64,000 nucleotides of DNA from Balanoglossus misakiensis (GCA_040954595.2 CM082577.2:7031846-7095845), one strand, 5' to 3'; positions 40,601-50,002 are shown, numbered from the stretch's first letter. Made by a program: numbers and translations. The notes: generated from the letters alone by a model not told the origin.

Positions 40601-43600
40601 GATGTCTAAAATATGACTATTAAATAAAGGTATATTCATTTAATGGTTTCCAGCATATATAACTTGTCATATTTCATTTAATTATTATATGGTTATTTCA
40701 GACTAACCTGGTTCGAGTATTTGATTATTTGAAGTCAAAAGGCTGGTTGACAAAATTCGTGATAGAAACAATCGATAGACTGTCACAAACTGAAGGGCTA
40801 CTCATTCTGTAGACTAGAATGCCAGGCAATTTCGGAAAACTAATTCACACTGCTATGGCGCCGACAATGCGTTTTGCACAATTCTGACATCATTCGCAAT
40901 TAGGGAATTTTATTGTTTTGTCTGGGAGATGATGTTTCATTTATGGCTTAATTTCGCCAAAATGTGCAAACGAGCACGGCGGGATGGTTTTCAAGTGAAG
41001 TTGTTCATATCTTCAAGGTTTCAGCTATGCTTTTTTATGCACGCTCATTTCCAACAGGGTGTCGCGGAATCGCTCACACACGTATTAAAAACGTCTGGGA
41101 AAACACCTTAAGATGACACGTGCAACATTAATGCTGGATAGTTTCCCAGATCAACAGTGTCTGAAGTTCGACAGATATTACGTGATGCACTCATCGCGCC
41201 ATCAAGATCAAAGATTTCCCTCAGCCTCCCTCTTGTGTGACACCGCGGCGAACCGGAAATACAGATTCTGTTTCCGGTTTTCCCAGGGCGCACGTAAGCG
41301 GTTGTTTCATGTATGTTGCGTAAAGGTTGTAAAAGCAAACAAGAGTCATGCCAAATAACATACATGTATTGATGTACACCAAGACGCAATTCATAATACC
41401 CCCCACGCTGTGTAATGTATACTGAAAATATAAACTTCAGAATACCCAGGGAAATTCTAGGGCGTTGTCTGTGTCTGCACTTATAAGCCTATGGGAGGCA
41501 CTCTATGCAATGTTGCCTGGAGTCGATAAATACTTGAAGTGTTAAAACACCTCCGTACATTGTGTATATAACTGTACCTGCATCTATTACATTTTGTGTG
41601 CTTAATATGCATTAAAAGAAAGAAGTCCATTTACTCGGGAATACAGGGTGTCTTAGGAGATTGACGAAGTGTTGACTTTCTGAGAAGAATATTTGAGAAA
41701 AATCCCCGGAAATTGACTCGAATGTAATAATTCCACATTTTAATGAGCTTACTTCAAAATACGACGACTGGAACTCCAGTGTTGTCATGGAAACTGGACT
41801 GAAGCTGTAGCACGGGGGATTTTATCACCTACTATATGAACATCGCCATCAATACTCTTCGTCATGTAAAGGGGGCATTTTACGGAACTATAAAAATTAG
41901 TATTTGACCATGTGTGGCAATCTTTCAGTATCCCTGGAAATTCCGGGCATTAAATGTACTTTACGAGCTGCCAGATCGAGAGTTTTAACGGAGGTATTTG
42001 ACAAAATAGAGCACGACTACCTGGTAGTAAGATTAAATTGCCAGGCATTTGGAAGTGCCATAAATTTCTTATTTTAAATATTTTGCAATTTTAAGGAGTT
42101 AGTATAAATTATTCCATTATTGCCTATTACGAAACCGTACGGTCGAATTTGAGAACACCGAACTTAAATGAGAAAGACCAAGTATGAACTGAATGTGTTG
42201 CCATGTTCCATTTTTATGGTGCTGACTTTCATGTCCAAGGATGGGTTTTTTCAAAAGTATGTCACGACATTGTTACATTGTTTTTCTGCGCCTCACCAGG
42301 GCCAATAATGTACATTAGTTCTTGTGTAACTACCCGACTTTTAGTTGTTGCCAACGATTCATCTTTCCTGAAGCACTATCAGCATCCTCAAATGCGAAAT
42401 TGTACTTTTCCGGACTTGAATAACACTATTTTCAATGTTCCGGACGGAAACCTCGCGGATGCTCGTCTTCCGACGGCAAGCAATTCCATATGCGCACGCA
42501 CCTTTTTTTTCAACCGACATTCGATTACCGGGCTAGCATACTATCACGTTGAATGCTTTCGAATTCTAATAAATAGAATATAAATACGCACTCTAAAAAA
42601 TGAACACGTAAGAATCACACGCTTTAGCGAACGCATATTATAGAAAATCGCAGATTCACATTTTACGTCCCGCGTAGGGTGTTTCGTCGTCTGCTTCGTG
42701 ACGTTGCCAGGCAGTCTGGCTTCGATCATCATAAACAGAAGAGGAGACTTGAATAGAGGGTGCGGCGGGGACTCGGTCAGATTAGTAATTTGGACTCGTG
42801 CTAGGATTCCGTGAAGGGATATGAAAAGGGAGATTGTATTAACGTGACTTGTCGTTTCCAAGACACAGCCGCTGCAGTCGTTTTGCACAGAGAGACATCG
42901 CGCCAAAATGAATGGCGCTTAGACAATGCACTTTGAAACTCGCTCTAACTGCATTCTGGCGTACAGTTTTTAGACGTCTGTGCTCACGCCGGCTGAGAGT
43001 CCGCTATCTTGTCAATACAAGTACTCAGCGTTGAAAAGTCACACGCCGAGACTTCTGGGGCCGTGAACCACTTTTAGAGACGGAAATTATTCCGATGTTT
43101 CTTGCAGGGCCAATGCCAGCTTATTCTGTTCGCCGAGAACTTGTTCAAAAGAAACCTGGGGTCTTTTGAGACGGCTATAAAATTACCATGTTTGTTGTTG
43201 AGGAATTTAAAATTCGGAAGGTAACTAGGGAGCCCTGTTTTGACTCAACATTGGTTTCAATATTTAGTGGGAAATATATAAAGCTTAGTAACCCAGAATG
43301 TATGTTTTCAGGCGTTTAGGGCTTGGAACACGTCAGACTGGAACGTGACACTTCAACTATTGCTTCAGATGTAACTGTAGATGCTGATGAAAAATGTGTT
43401 AAATGTCAGGATTTAGACTGCTTTTGTGTGTAAGCCATGGCTAGAAGTCACTGTATTTACATTACTTTTTGTCGTCTGCTGAAGCTTACGGAAATCACGC
43501 CAAATAGAATACTACCAAACAGCCACACACTGCGCCGGAGGTTATCGAATATAATCTTTAGCTGTACATGTAGTGTATTTTTGTCAGAAACTAATCAATG

Positions 43601-44359
43601 TTCTAACAACTATGAAATGATCTCGTAGACTATCGCACACCTTTTACCAGTAACCAGGTAATCTAGTGACTCAAATGCATACAACAGCAACTATGCTGTT
43701 TCCTGTCGGTCAGAACGCTGACAGATAAGAGAAAAATAAATAAGGGCACAGAGATGTTTCTTAGCTCTGCTCTCATAATATCAAGGAACTCGCTAAAAAA
43801 CGAAGCCAATTTAGACTACACGGAAGAAAGCAGGCGGTCCCTGCAATATTTAACTTCCCGACGATGCTGCATTTGTTTACTATTTTTGGCGAATAACGAG
43901 CACCGTGTTGCGGGGAAACGAGCTTCGTATTTTTATCATACAAAGACAACAAGTTCGTTGCCCGAAGCCTAAGAAAGTTCACATGAGAGAGACATTCGAC
44001 TCCCAATTTTTCCTGCTTTGTTGCGATGGCAGATGCTGAATTGAAAGACAAGCGTTTTTATCCCGCGTGGTGTCAGCTGTACGTCCGCTGAAATTGTGAA
44101 CTGCATTTTTTTTTCTTCAACGCAACGGCATGCGCCAGTTTTGCATTTGACCTGAAATGTTAGTTTGGTTAGATGACAATATTGTACGGCTGGGACCCAA
44201 GAGTTATTAGGATCATTCTGACACGACTGCCGCAAACACAACTTCCTTTTCACACCAAGGTATAGGTCATATTACAGATAATTAAAGGGTGACGATCGTC
44301 TTATGCGCATGTGCCAAACCAGAGAATCTGGTTGCTGTTAATGGCAAAGGTACATGTAG

Positions 44360-44685
44360 TTTTGTAAATGTACTACGCCAGACAAAGGAAGTAGGAAGAA
44401 GGAAGATTTAATGCAAATAAAACAAGGCGAAAAGCCCCAACAAAAAGAGACAAATGTCTACCAAAGCAAGCGCAAGAACAAAAGGCAATAAATAAAAAAC
44501 AAACCTATCTATCTAATACAGTAAGTTGCAAACTAACTACCTAAAAACTGGTTGGGCAGGGGCCCCTTCGGTTCCGCTCCCGTGGCATGGGCGAACGAGA
44601 AAACCATGCTGCAGAAACCGTGGTAGGCCAGGCACTAGGTGGTGACCTATGGCACGAAATGGGGGGCAGGATGTAATCCATAGCC
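44360..44685 (-). repeat. Split direct repeat B2 (326 bp, 3' end of element)
   Basis: Identical to 44984-45309 and separated from A2 by a unique 54-bp spacer (44686-44739). An ATTAAA on the minus strand at 44407-44412 is a possible poly(A) signal. Confidence 0.95.
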
Positions 44686-44739
44686 ACACCAGAGAGCCGG
44701 ACCAAAGTGACAAAGGTGGTGAAAGGGGATGGTGGCGGG

Positions 44740-44987
44740 ATGCAGAGAGAGAATAGCTGGGTTGTCGCACTGACGCGGACAAAGACGCTAACTGAGGAGA
44801 TTGAGAGAGCAATTAGAGGATAAGACAAAGGATATGCAAATGAGTAGAGGGGGGACGCCAGGTGACGAGTGCAAAAGAAGGGGGAAGGAAAGACAAAGGA
44901 AGAAGAGATAGGGAAGGCAGGGGAGCCATAAGGGGAAGGCTTCGTACATTTACAAACCCAATCTGTGATATCACAGATTGTTATTTT
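44740..44987 (-). repeat. Split direct repeat A2 (248 bp)
   Basis: Identical to 49755-50002. It shares TTTT (44984-44987) with B1. Confidence 0.95.
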
Positions 44988-45309
44988 GTAAATGTACTAC
45001 GCCAGACAAAGGAAGTAGGAAGAAGGAAGATTTAATGCAAATAAAACAAGGCGAAAAGCCCCAACAAAAAGAGACAAATGTCTACCAAAGCAAGCGCAAG
45101 AACAAAAGGCAATAAATAAAAAACAAACCTATCTATCTAATACAGTAAGTTGCAAACTAACTACCTAAAAACTGGTTGGGCAGGGGCCCCTTCGGTTCCG
45201 CTCCCGTGGCATGGGCGAACGAGAAAACCATGCTGCAGAAACCGTGGTAGGCCAGGCACTAGGTGGTGACCTATGGCACGAAATGGGGGGCAGGATGTAA
45301 TCCATAGCC
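44984..45309 (-). repeat. Split direct repeat B1 (326 bp)
   Basis: Identical by eye to 44360-44685 (TTTTGTAAATGTACTACGCC...GTAATCCATAGCC). Confidence 0.95.
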
Positions 45310-45370
45310 CAAACTGAGGTTGTGGGAAGCATGACCGAAGTGACCCCCATGAGATGTTAGTAGGTTGGTA

Positions 45371-45548
45371 GGGAACCATTGGAGGCGTAGTGCGGCCCAA
45401 TGGGTTGGGTCCTGGGGGACAGACGTGGTCTGGTCGGCCCAGGTGGATGCAGGTATGGGGGAATCCATTGGAGGCACCGGAAGTAGTGCGGTCCAATGGT
45501 GGGGGTCCTGGGGGACGGACGGTGTCGAGTCGGCCCAGGTGGAAGGCA
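45371..45548. repeat. Two diverged ~85-bp hairpin-rich tandem units in the element's 3' non-coding region
   Basis: Units 45371-45451 and 45459-45548 each contain CCATTGG..CCAATGG and CCTGGG..CCCAGG inverted pairs. Confidence 0.85.
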
Positions 45549-45677
45549 AAATGAGCTGTGAGTTGTGGCTCACAGTTGGAACTCCAATGGAAGCCAGGGA
45601 TTGGTGCAGAGGGTACCCGAGGGAGTACCGGCCTGCGTGGCTCACACTGGGGTTAGTAAGCGGGAGACGGAAGTAGA

Positions 45678-46769
45678 CTACTGAAAGGCCAAAGCTCTAA
45701 AGGCAGAACGCAAAAGTCCTTCGGGCGTTCTAATATATCTACGGTAACAGTCACTAGACCACCTGCCGAGAGTCTGAATAAGGTGGTCTGGGAGATGGGC
45801 ACTGGCTGCTGAAGTGGCTGCACCGATGCGGAAAGAGTGGCCAGCGAAGTGTTGAGGATGCAGGCCCAAGCGCGACAACAGCAAGCGGAGACTAGATGTG
45901 AAGGTTGAACGGTCGAGTGCCACTCTTTCAGGTAACAGGAAAAACGGCTCCGTTGGGGTTGTAAGCATCTGTTGGCGAACTTCATAAAATCCTGCGAGCG
46001 TCGCCACTGGGCACACAGATGTATATGTTGGAAATAACCGAAGGTGGAATCCTTTCCGGTACTGATCGGTTTTCGATGACTTAATGTGAATGACCACGCA
46101 TTCTGGAGAGCCTTGTCCTTGGGTGATCTTGATGTCGTTAACGGTCAGGTGGAGTTTTGGATTGAAAACCCGAGTGCTGCATGTAAATTCACTGCAACGG
46201 AGGAAACCATAGAAGGCAAGCAGGAAGGCAGATTCCAGCAGTAAATCGACGTATGGACCAAAGATCCCCTGACGTAGTAGCACACATAAGCGTTGTAGAA
46301 TGTCTAGCGTGATCGGGAGTCGCGGACGTGATGCTTGACCTTGGAGTCGCAGTATTCCCCTGAGGACCAGATGAAGGCGAGGGTGAAATTGTCCTTGCTG
46401 TGACACCAAAGGGTTGTTGAGACCGGCACGCACGTAATGATTCCGGATTGCAGCCAAGTAGGTGCGAAGAGTGGTGTATTTGAGGTGACAGTTCGTAGCA
46501 CAGTGAACCACAAAGTAGATGAGCAAGTCCTCTGACGCTGGTGGGTATTTTGGTGACTGACCTCTGATGTTGAACAAAGCCGTGAAACGAAGCCACGCAC
46601 GAACCCCTGTGCTGTAAGTCGAAACTGTTCTTGGGCTGAGTGATGCCGACTGGAAGGTTGCCAAAGCTTCGTTCAGTCGAACATTATGTTGGAGGGTATT
46701 TGGCAGGGTGTGGCAGACGCGTGTGGGGCTTCCTGACGAAACCGTTGGTTCTGAAAGCGAGATAAAGAG
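45678..46769 (-). CDS. Tyrosine recombinase (integrase of the retrotransposon); frame open from 46769, overlapping the end of pol by ~97 nt
   Basis: Catalytic signature: R (FYGFLRCSEF), K (KSSKTD), HxxR (GHSFRIGAAT), W (LGRWSS) and Y (CYRRYIR). An N-terminal SAM-like region reads S.RT.STY...LKYTTLRTYLAAIR. The ORF-track start at 46664 is TTG, and the first ATG (QQMLTT) is inside the catalytic domain. Confidence 0.95.
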   Translation of the reverse strand, partial: LFISLSEPTVSSGSPTRVCHTLPNTLQHNVRLNEALATFQSASLSPRTVSTYSTGVRAWLRFTALFNIRGQSPKYPPASEDLLIYFVVHCATNCHLKYTTLRTYLAAIRNHYVRAGLNNPLVSQQGQFHPRLHLVLRGILRLQGQASRPRLPITLDILQRLCVLLRQGIFGPYVDLLLESAFLLAFYGFLRCSEFTCSTRVFNPKLHLTVNDIKITQGQGSPECVVIHIKSSKTDQYRKGFHLRLFPTYTSVCPVATLAGFYEVRQQMLTTPTEPFFLLPERVALDRSTFTSSLRLLLSRLGLHPQHFAGHSFRIGAATSAASAHLPDHLIQTLGRWSSDCYRRYIRTPEGLLRSAFRALAFQ

Positions 46770-48280
46770 TCAGCAATTACATTCAGCTTACCAGGGATAT
46801 GCTCTGCCTGGAACATGAAGTTATTGGTTGCTGCTGTGATAACGAGTCTCCGCATGAGTTTCATTATGGCGACCGACTTTGAACGGCCTTTGTTGATAAT
46901 GTGGACCGTGGCCATGTTGTCGCAATGGAACACGATGCGCTTACGGCGCCAGTTATAACCCCACAATAGACAGGCCACGACTATGGGATATAGTTCGCGA
47001 AAGGCAATTGACAACGTTGGGTCGTCATGGGGGTCCAAGCCGTGTTGCCAACGTTCCTGAAACCATTGCCCGTGGAAGTAACCACCGTGGCCAATACCGC
47101 TCGCGTCGGTGAAGAGCTGCATGCTGTCTGCTGGGGTGATAGTCGTTTCCAGGAATAAGGAAATCCCGTTCCACTCAGAGAGGAGGTAGTGCCACATTCG
47201 TAAATCGCGTTTGCTTTCTGCCGAAATGGTGATGAAGTGGTTCAGATGTTTAGCGGACTTAGACAGTTCTATTAGCCGTGAAATGAAGGTACGACCGGGA
47301 GTGACAACTCTGCATGCAAAGTTCAGGTGACCTAATAGACTTAGTAGCTGTCGTTTCGTGCACGATTTCCGCTTGAGGAAAGAGTCTAGTAAGTCGCGCA
47401 TGCGGTTGAGTTTGTCAAGAGGCAATCTTGCTTGCATCTTGATGGTGTCTAACACTATTCCCAGGTATTCGAGCGAGGTGGCTGGGCCGACGGTTTTGTG
47501 CGGAGCAATAGGGATTCTTAAGCGCTGAAAGATCAGGGTGAGGATGGCCATCGTGCGGTCCGCGTCGAAAGATGGAGCATCGACTGTCAGGAAATCATCC
47601 AGCAAATGGAAAATTGTGTCGATGCCATAATTGTGGTGCGCGATCCAGCAGACGGCAGACGACAGACAATCGAAGATCTTTGGGCTCGAGCGTGACCCAC
47701 AGGGCAGGCGGACGAAGAAATAGTAACTGCCATCCCATTTAATCCCGTAGAGGTGCCAAAGAGACTCGTGAATAGGTATGAGCTTGAAGGCATCGACAAT
47801 ATCTGTTTTACACAGCCAGGCTCCAGCCCCAACCCTTTGAATTGCGGCTATGGCATCGTCAACTTTCACGTAGGTTAACGAGAACTCGTCTTTATCAATG
47901 AGGTCGTTAATGCTGGGGGTATCAGCTAAGTCACGAGGCGAAGACAAGTCCACGATTAAGCGTTTTTTCGAAGAGTATTTCTTTTCGACAATGCCGATAG
48001 GACTGCAGCGATACGATGGGAACGGTGGTTCGTCGAAGGGGCCGATCAAAAACCCCTTCTTCACCTCGGTGTTGATCAAGTCCGTAACTGCATCGGGTTC
48101 GTTGCGGGCTGATAGTAGATTCGGACAAACAAACGTAGAGGACGGAGGATCCCTCACCCCGGTGTCGAAGCCGTGGCGTAGGCCGCTAAGCAGATATTCA
48201 ACAAATGCACGGTCAGGATGGTTTCTAAGTTCGAACTCCAAATTATCGATGTGAACCGGTGTGGAAACAGCAGAGTGTAG
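46673..48280 (-). CDS. pol: Reverse transcriptase + RNase H (pol), in frame with gag after a single TGA
   Basis: RT motifs are KKRLIVDLS, KTDIVDAFKLIPI, LPCGSRSSPKIF, HLLDDFL and LEYLGI. RNase H acidic motifs are FTDASG, FRELYPI, HCDN and IADSLSR. The frame is open from the codon directly after the gag stop (LHSAVSTPVHIDNLEFEL...). The first in-frame ATG lies after the LLDD motif. Confidence 0.95.
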   Translation of the reverse strand, partial: LHSAVSTPVHIDNLEFELRNHPDRAFVEYLLSGLRHGFDTGVRDPPSSTFVCPNLLSARNEPDAVTDLINTEVKKGFLIGPFDEPPFPSYRCSPIGIVEKKYSSKKRLIVDLSSPRDLADTPSINDLIDKDEFSLTYVKVDDAIAAIQRVGAGAWLCKTDIVDAFKLIPIHESLWHLYGIKWDGSYYFFVRLPCGSRSSPKIFDCLSSAVCWIAHHNYGIDTIFHLLDDFLTVDAPSFDADRTMAILTLIFQRLRIPIAPHKTVGPATSLEYLGIVLDTIKMQARLPLDKLNRMRDLLDSFLKRKSCTKRQLLSLLGHLNFACRVVTPGRTFISRLIELSKSAKHLNHFITISAESKRDLRMWHYLLSEWNGISLFLETTITPADSMQLFTDASGIGHGGYFHGQWFQERWQHGLDPHDDPTLSIAFRELYPIVVACLLWGYNWRRKRIVFHCDNMATVHIINKGRSKSVAIMKLMRRLVITAATNNFMFQAEHIPGKLNVIADSLSRFQNQRFRQEAPHASATPCQIPSNIMFD

Positions 48281-49699
48281 TCAGTTCCTTGACGGGCGCT
48301 GGGAGGTAACCATGGTCACGATACACTTTCCCGTTACTGAATTGTGGTCGCTGGAGAAGCAAGCTGTACAAACGTGCGCGTAGGGACAATTGATCCTCTT
48401 GCAGTTATTAGCTGAATTGAAATTATTGCAAATTTCTTTGCCTTGGAAAAACAGCCGTTTGCGGCCATTTCTGTCAATCGTGGACGTAGACTGCGAAGTT
48501 ATACCGGAACCGGCTGCGATGCCTGGATGGGCTTTCTTGGCTGGAAAGGCTAACTGTGGGCATACCTCCGTTGTGTGGGCCACCGATTGACACACATTAC
48601 ACGTGTTGGCACGCATCCCGGCGAAGATTGAACAATACAACGTTGTATCGCGACGGGACCAGTCCACTTTGATGTTGTGGTTCAGAAGGAGAGCTGCGGC
48701 CCTAGCCGAAAATGCCCGATGGTACTCATAGTATACTAGGCCGCTGAAACGCGTGGACATATCCACGATGTCCCTTTCGTAGGCATCGAGTTCTACCCGC
48801 CGATTATTGTAGACGGAGCACATGACATTTTTGTAAACGGCGAATGCCCGTATAAATTCCTGGATGGACAGGGCTCGGGACAACCTGGAATCTTGGGGAG
48901 TTTTCAACGTGAACGCTTCGTCGCCCAAGATTACGTGGCGCTGCCCTTCCGATTTTTTATAACCGGGTATCAATAGGCATGCAAGGTTGACATCCTTACC
49001 TGCCAAGATGTCCCGCCGGATTGAAGGAGAGACCAGTTCAATCTGTGGCAGTTGCTCGGACGATGTACCGCGCGTTGAAAGAAGCTGGTTGAACCCCCCG
49101 TCCATAATGGAATCGCCCGTATCCGGCGTGGGTTGGTCGTGACCCTGAACTTCTGCGTTCGCTGCTCGGGCCCCGACGGCGTGGGTAGCGACGTGTTGAT
49201 TTTGAGCGACCGTCTGATTCTGTTGGTTTGGTCCTGGTGGCAGGAGGTGCTGCTGAACGATTCTTGTGAGGTTTACAACTGCTGTTTGAAGTTCGGCAAA
49301 CGACTCCGCCGACACTGACCCCGGCCCCGTGTTTGAGGTTGGTGCGGCAACAAAAGGTTGGTCGGGTAGGGTCACTGCAGCTGTGCGTCCTCGGCTGGCG
49401 CTCCTCTGCTGGACCGCCAGAGCGTCCGGATCCGTTACCAATCTTGACGACCCCGCTTGACCCATTTCGTCAGGGACCTCATAAGGCTGACGCACCAGCT
49501 GGTCCCCACCGGTCGCTAAAATTGGGCTGGTGTGATGGCCGGGACTCACCGCGTCCTGCGTCGCAAAACTTCCTGGATCAGTGCGGGAACGGGTCACCGG
49601 CCGCTCGTAAGGGGCCACTCTGGTTCCTCGACCTCGACCCCTGGGGGCCTGGACGGTAGCTCGGCCTCCAATCGATGGTCTTTTACGGCGGGCTGGCAT
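48281..49699 (-). CDS. gag: Gag-like protein with C-terminal zinc fingers (472 aa from the first ATG, MPARRKRPS...)
   Basis: The frame is uninterrupted. It has a basic N-terminus, a CCHC knuckle CNVCQSVAHTTEVC, a CCCH-like CNNFNSANNCKRINCPYAH, and CTACFSSDHNSVTGKC. The ORF-track start at 49843 is a TTG inside repeat A; the first ATG is at 49699. Confidence 0.88.
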   Translation of the reverse strand: MPARRKRPSIGGRATVQAPRGRGRGTRVAPYERPVTRSRTDPGSFATQDAVSPGHHTSPILATGGDQLVRQPYEVPDEMGQAGSSRLVTDPDALAVQQRSASRGRTAAVTLPDQPFVAAPTSNTGPGSVSAESFAELQTAVVNLTRIVQQHLLPPGPNQQNQTVAQNQHVATHAVGARAANAEVQGHDQPTPDTGDSIMDGGFNQLLSTRGTSSEQLPQIELVSPSIRRDILAGKDVNLACLLIPGYKKSEGQRHVILGDEAFTLKTPQDSRLSRALSIQEFIRAFAVYKNVMCSVYNNRRVELDAYERDIVDMSTRFSGLVYYEYHRAFSARAAALLLNHNIKVDWSRRDTTLYCSIFAGMRANTCNVCQSVAHTTEVCPQLAFPAKKAHPGIAAGSGITSQSTSTIDRNGRKRLFFQGKEICNNFNSANNCKRINCPYAHVCTACFSSDHNSVTGKCIVTMVTSQRPSRN

Positions 49700-49754
49700 A
49701 ATGCGTTGCGTTGAAGGGTTGAATAAAGTTGAGGTAAACGAGACAAAGAAAAAA

Positions 49755-50002
49755 ATGCAGAGAGAGAATAGCTGGGTTGTCGCACTGACGCGGACAAAGA
49801 CGCTAACTGAGGAGATTGAGAGAGCAATTAGAGGATAAGACAAAGGATATGCAAATGAGTAGAGGGGGGACGCCAGGTGACGAGTGCAAAAGAAGGGGGA
49901 AGGAAAGACAAAGGAAGAAGAGATAGGGAAGGCAGGGGAGCCATAAGGGGAAGGCTTCGTACATTTACAAACCCAATCTGTGATATCACAGATTGTTATT
50001 TT
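49755..50002 (-). repeat. Split direct repeat A1 (248 bp, 5' end of element)
   Basis: Identical by eye to 44740-44987. It contains the octamer ATGCAAAT (49849-49856) and the 22-bp palindrome CAATCTGTGATATCACAGATTG (49974-49995). Confidence 0.95.

Larger units (their letters stand above)
44360..50002 (-). mobile_element. Full-length Ngaro-type (DIRS order) tyrosine-recombinase retrotransposon, ~5.6 kb
   Basis: Gag-like, RT/RNase H and tyrosine recombinase ORFs lie in that order on the minus strand. Split direct repeats run A1(50002-49755), ORFs, B1(45309-44984), A2(44987-44740), B2(44685-44360), the established Ngaro layout. TTTT is present at both ends and at the B1/A2 junction. No DIRS-type inverted termini or methyltransferase domain is seen. 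Confidence 0.95.

Noticed and set aside
44360-45309. Direct repeats read as LTRs of a conventional LTR retrotransposon, or as an assembly duplication
   Set aside because: There is no TG..CA terminus, PBS or DDE integrase. The A..B-A-B order together with a YR gene is the expected split-direct-repeat structure.
45271-45645. 124-aa ORF after YR as a fourth gene (such as the hydrolase of some Ngaro elements)
   Set aside because: It has a non-ATG start and no SGNH or other motif. Its repeated STWAD..SVPQDP peptide merely reflects the hairpin tandem repeat.
46673-46769. -1 ribosomal frameshift from pol into YR
   Set aside because: YR is in the -1 frame, but I found no X XXY YYZ slippery heptamer in the overlap, whereas the splice signals fit exactly. 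This is disfavoured rather than excluded.
49700-49843. 48-aa N-terminal extension of gag in the ORF track (also the copy ORF 44541-44828)
   Set aside because: It starts at TTG inside non-coding repeat A and recurs only because A is duplicated. The first ATG is at 49699.
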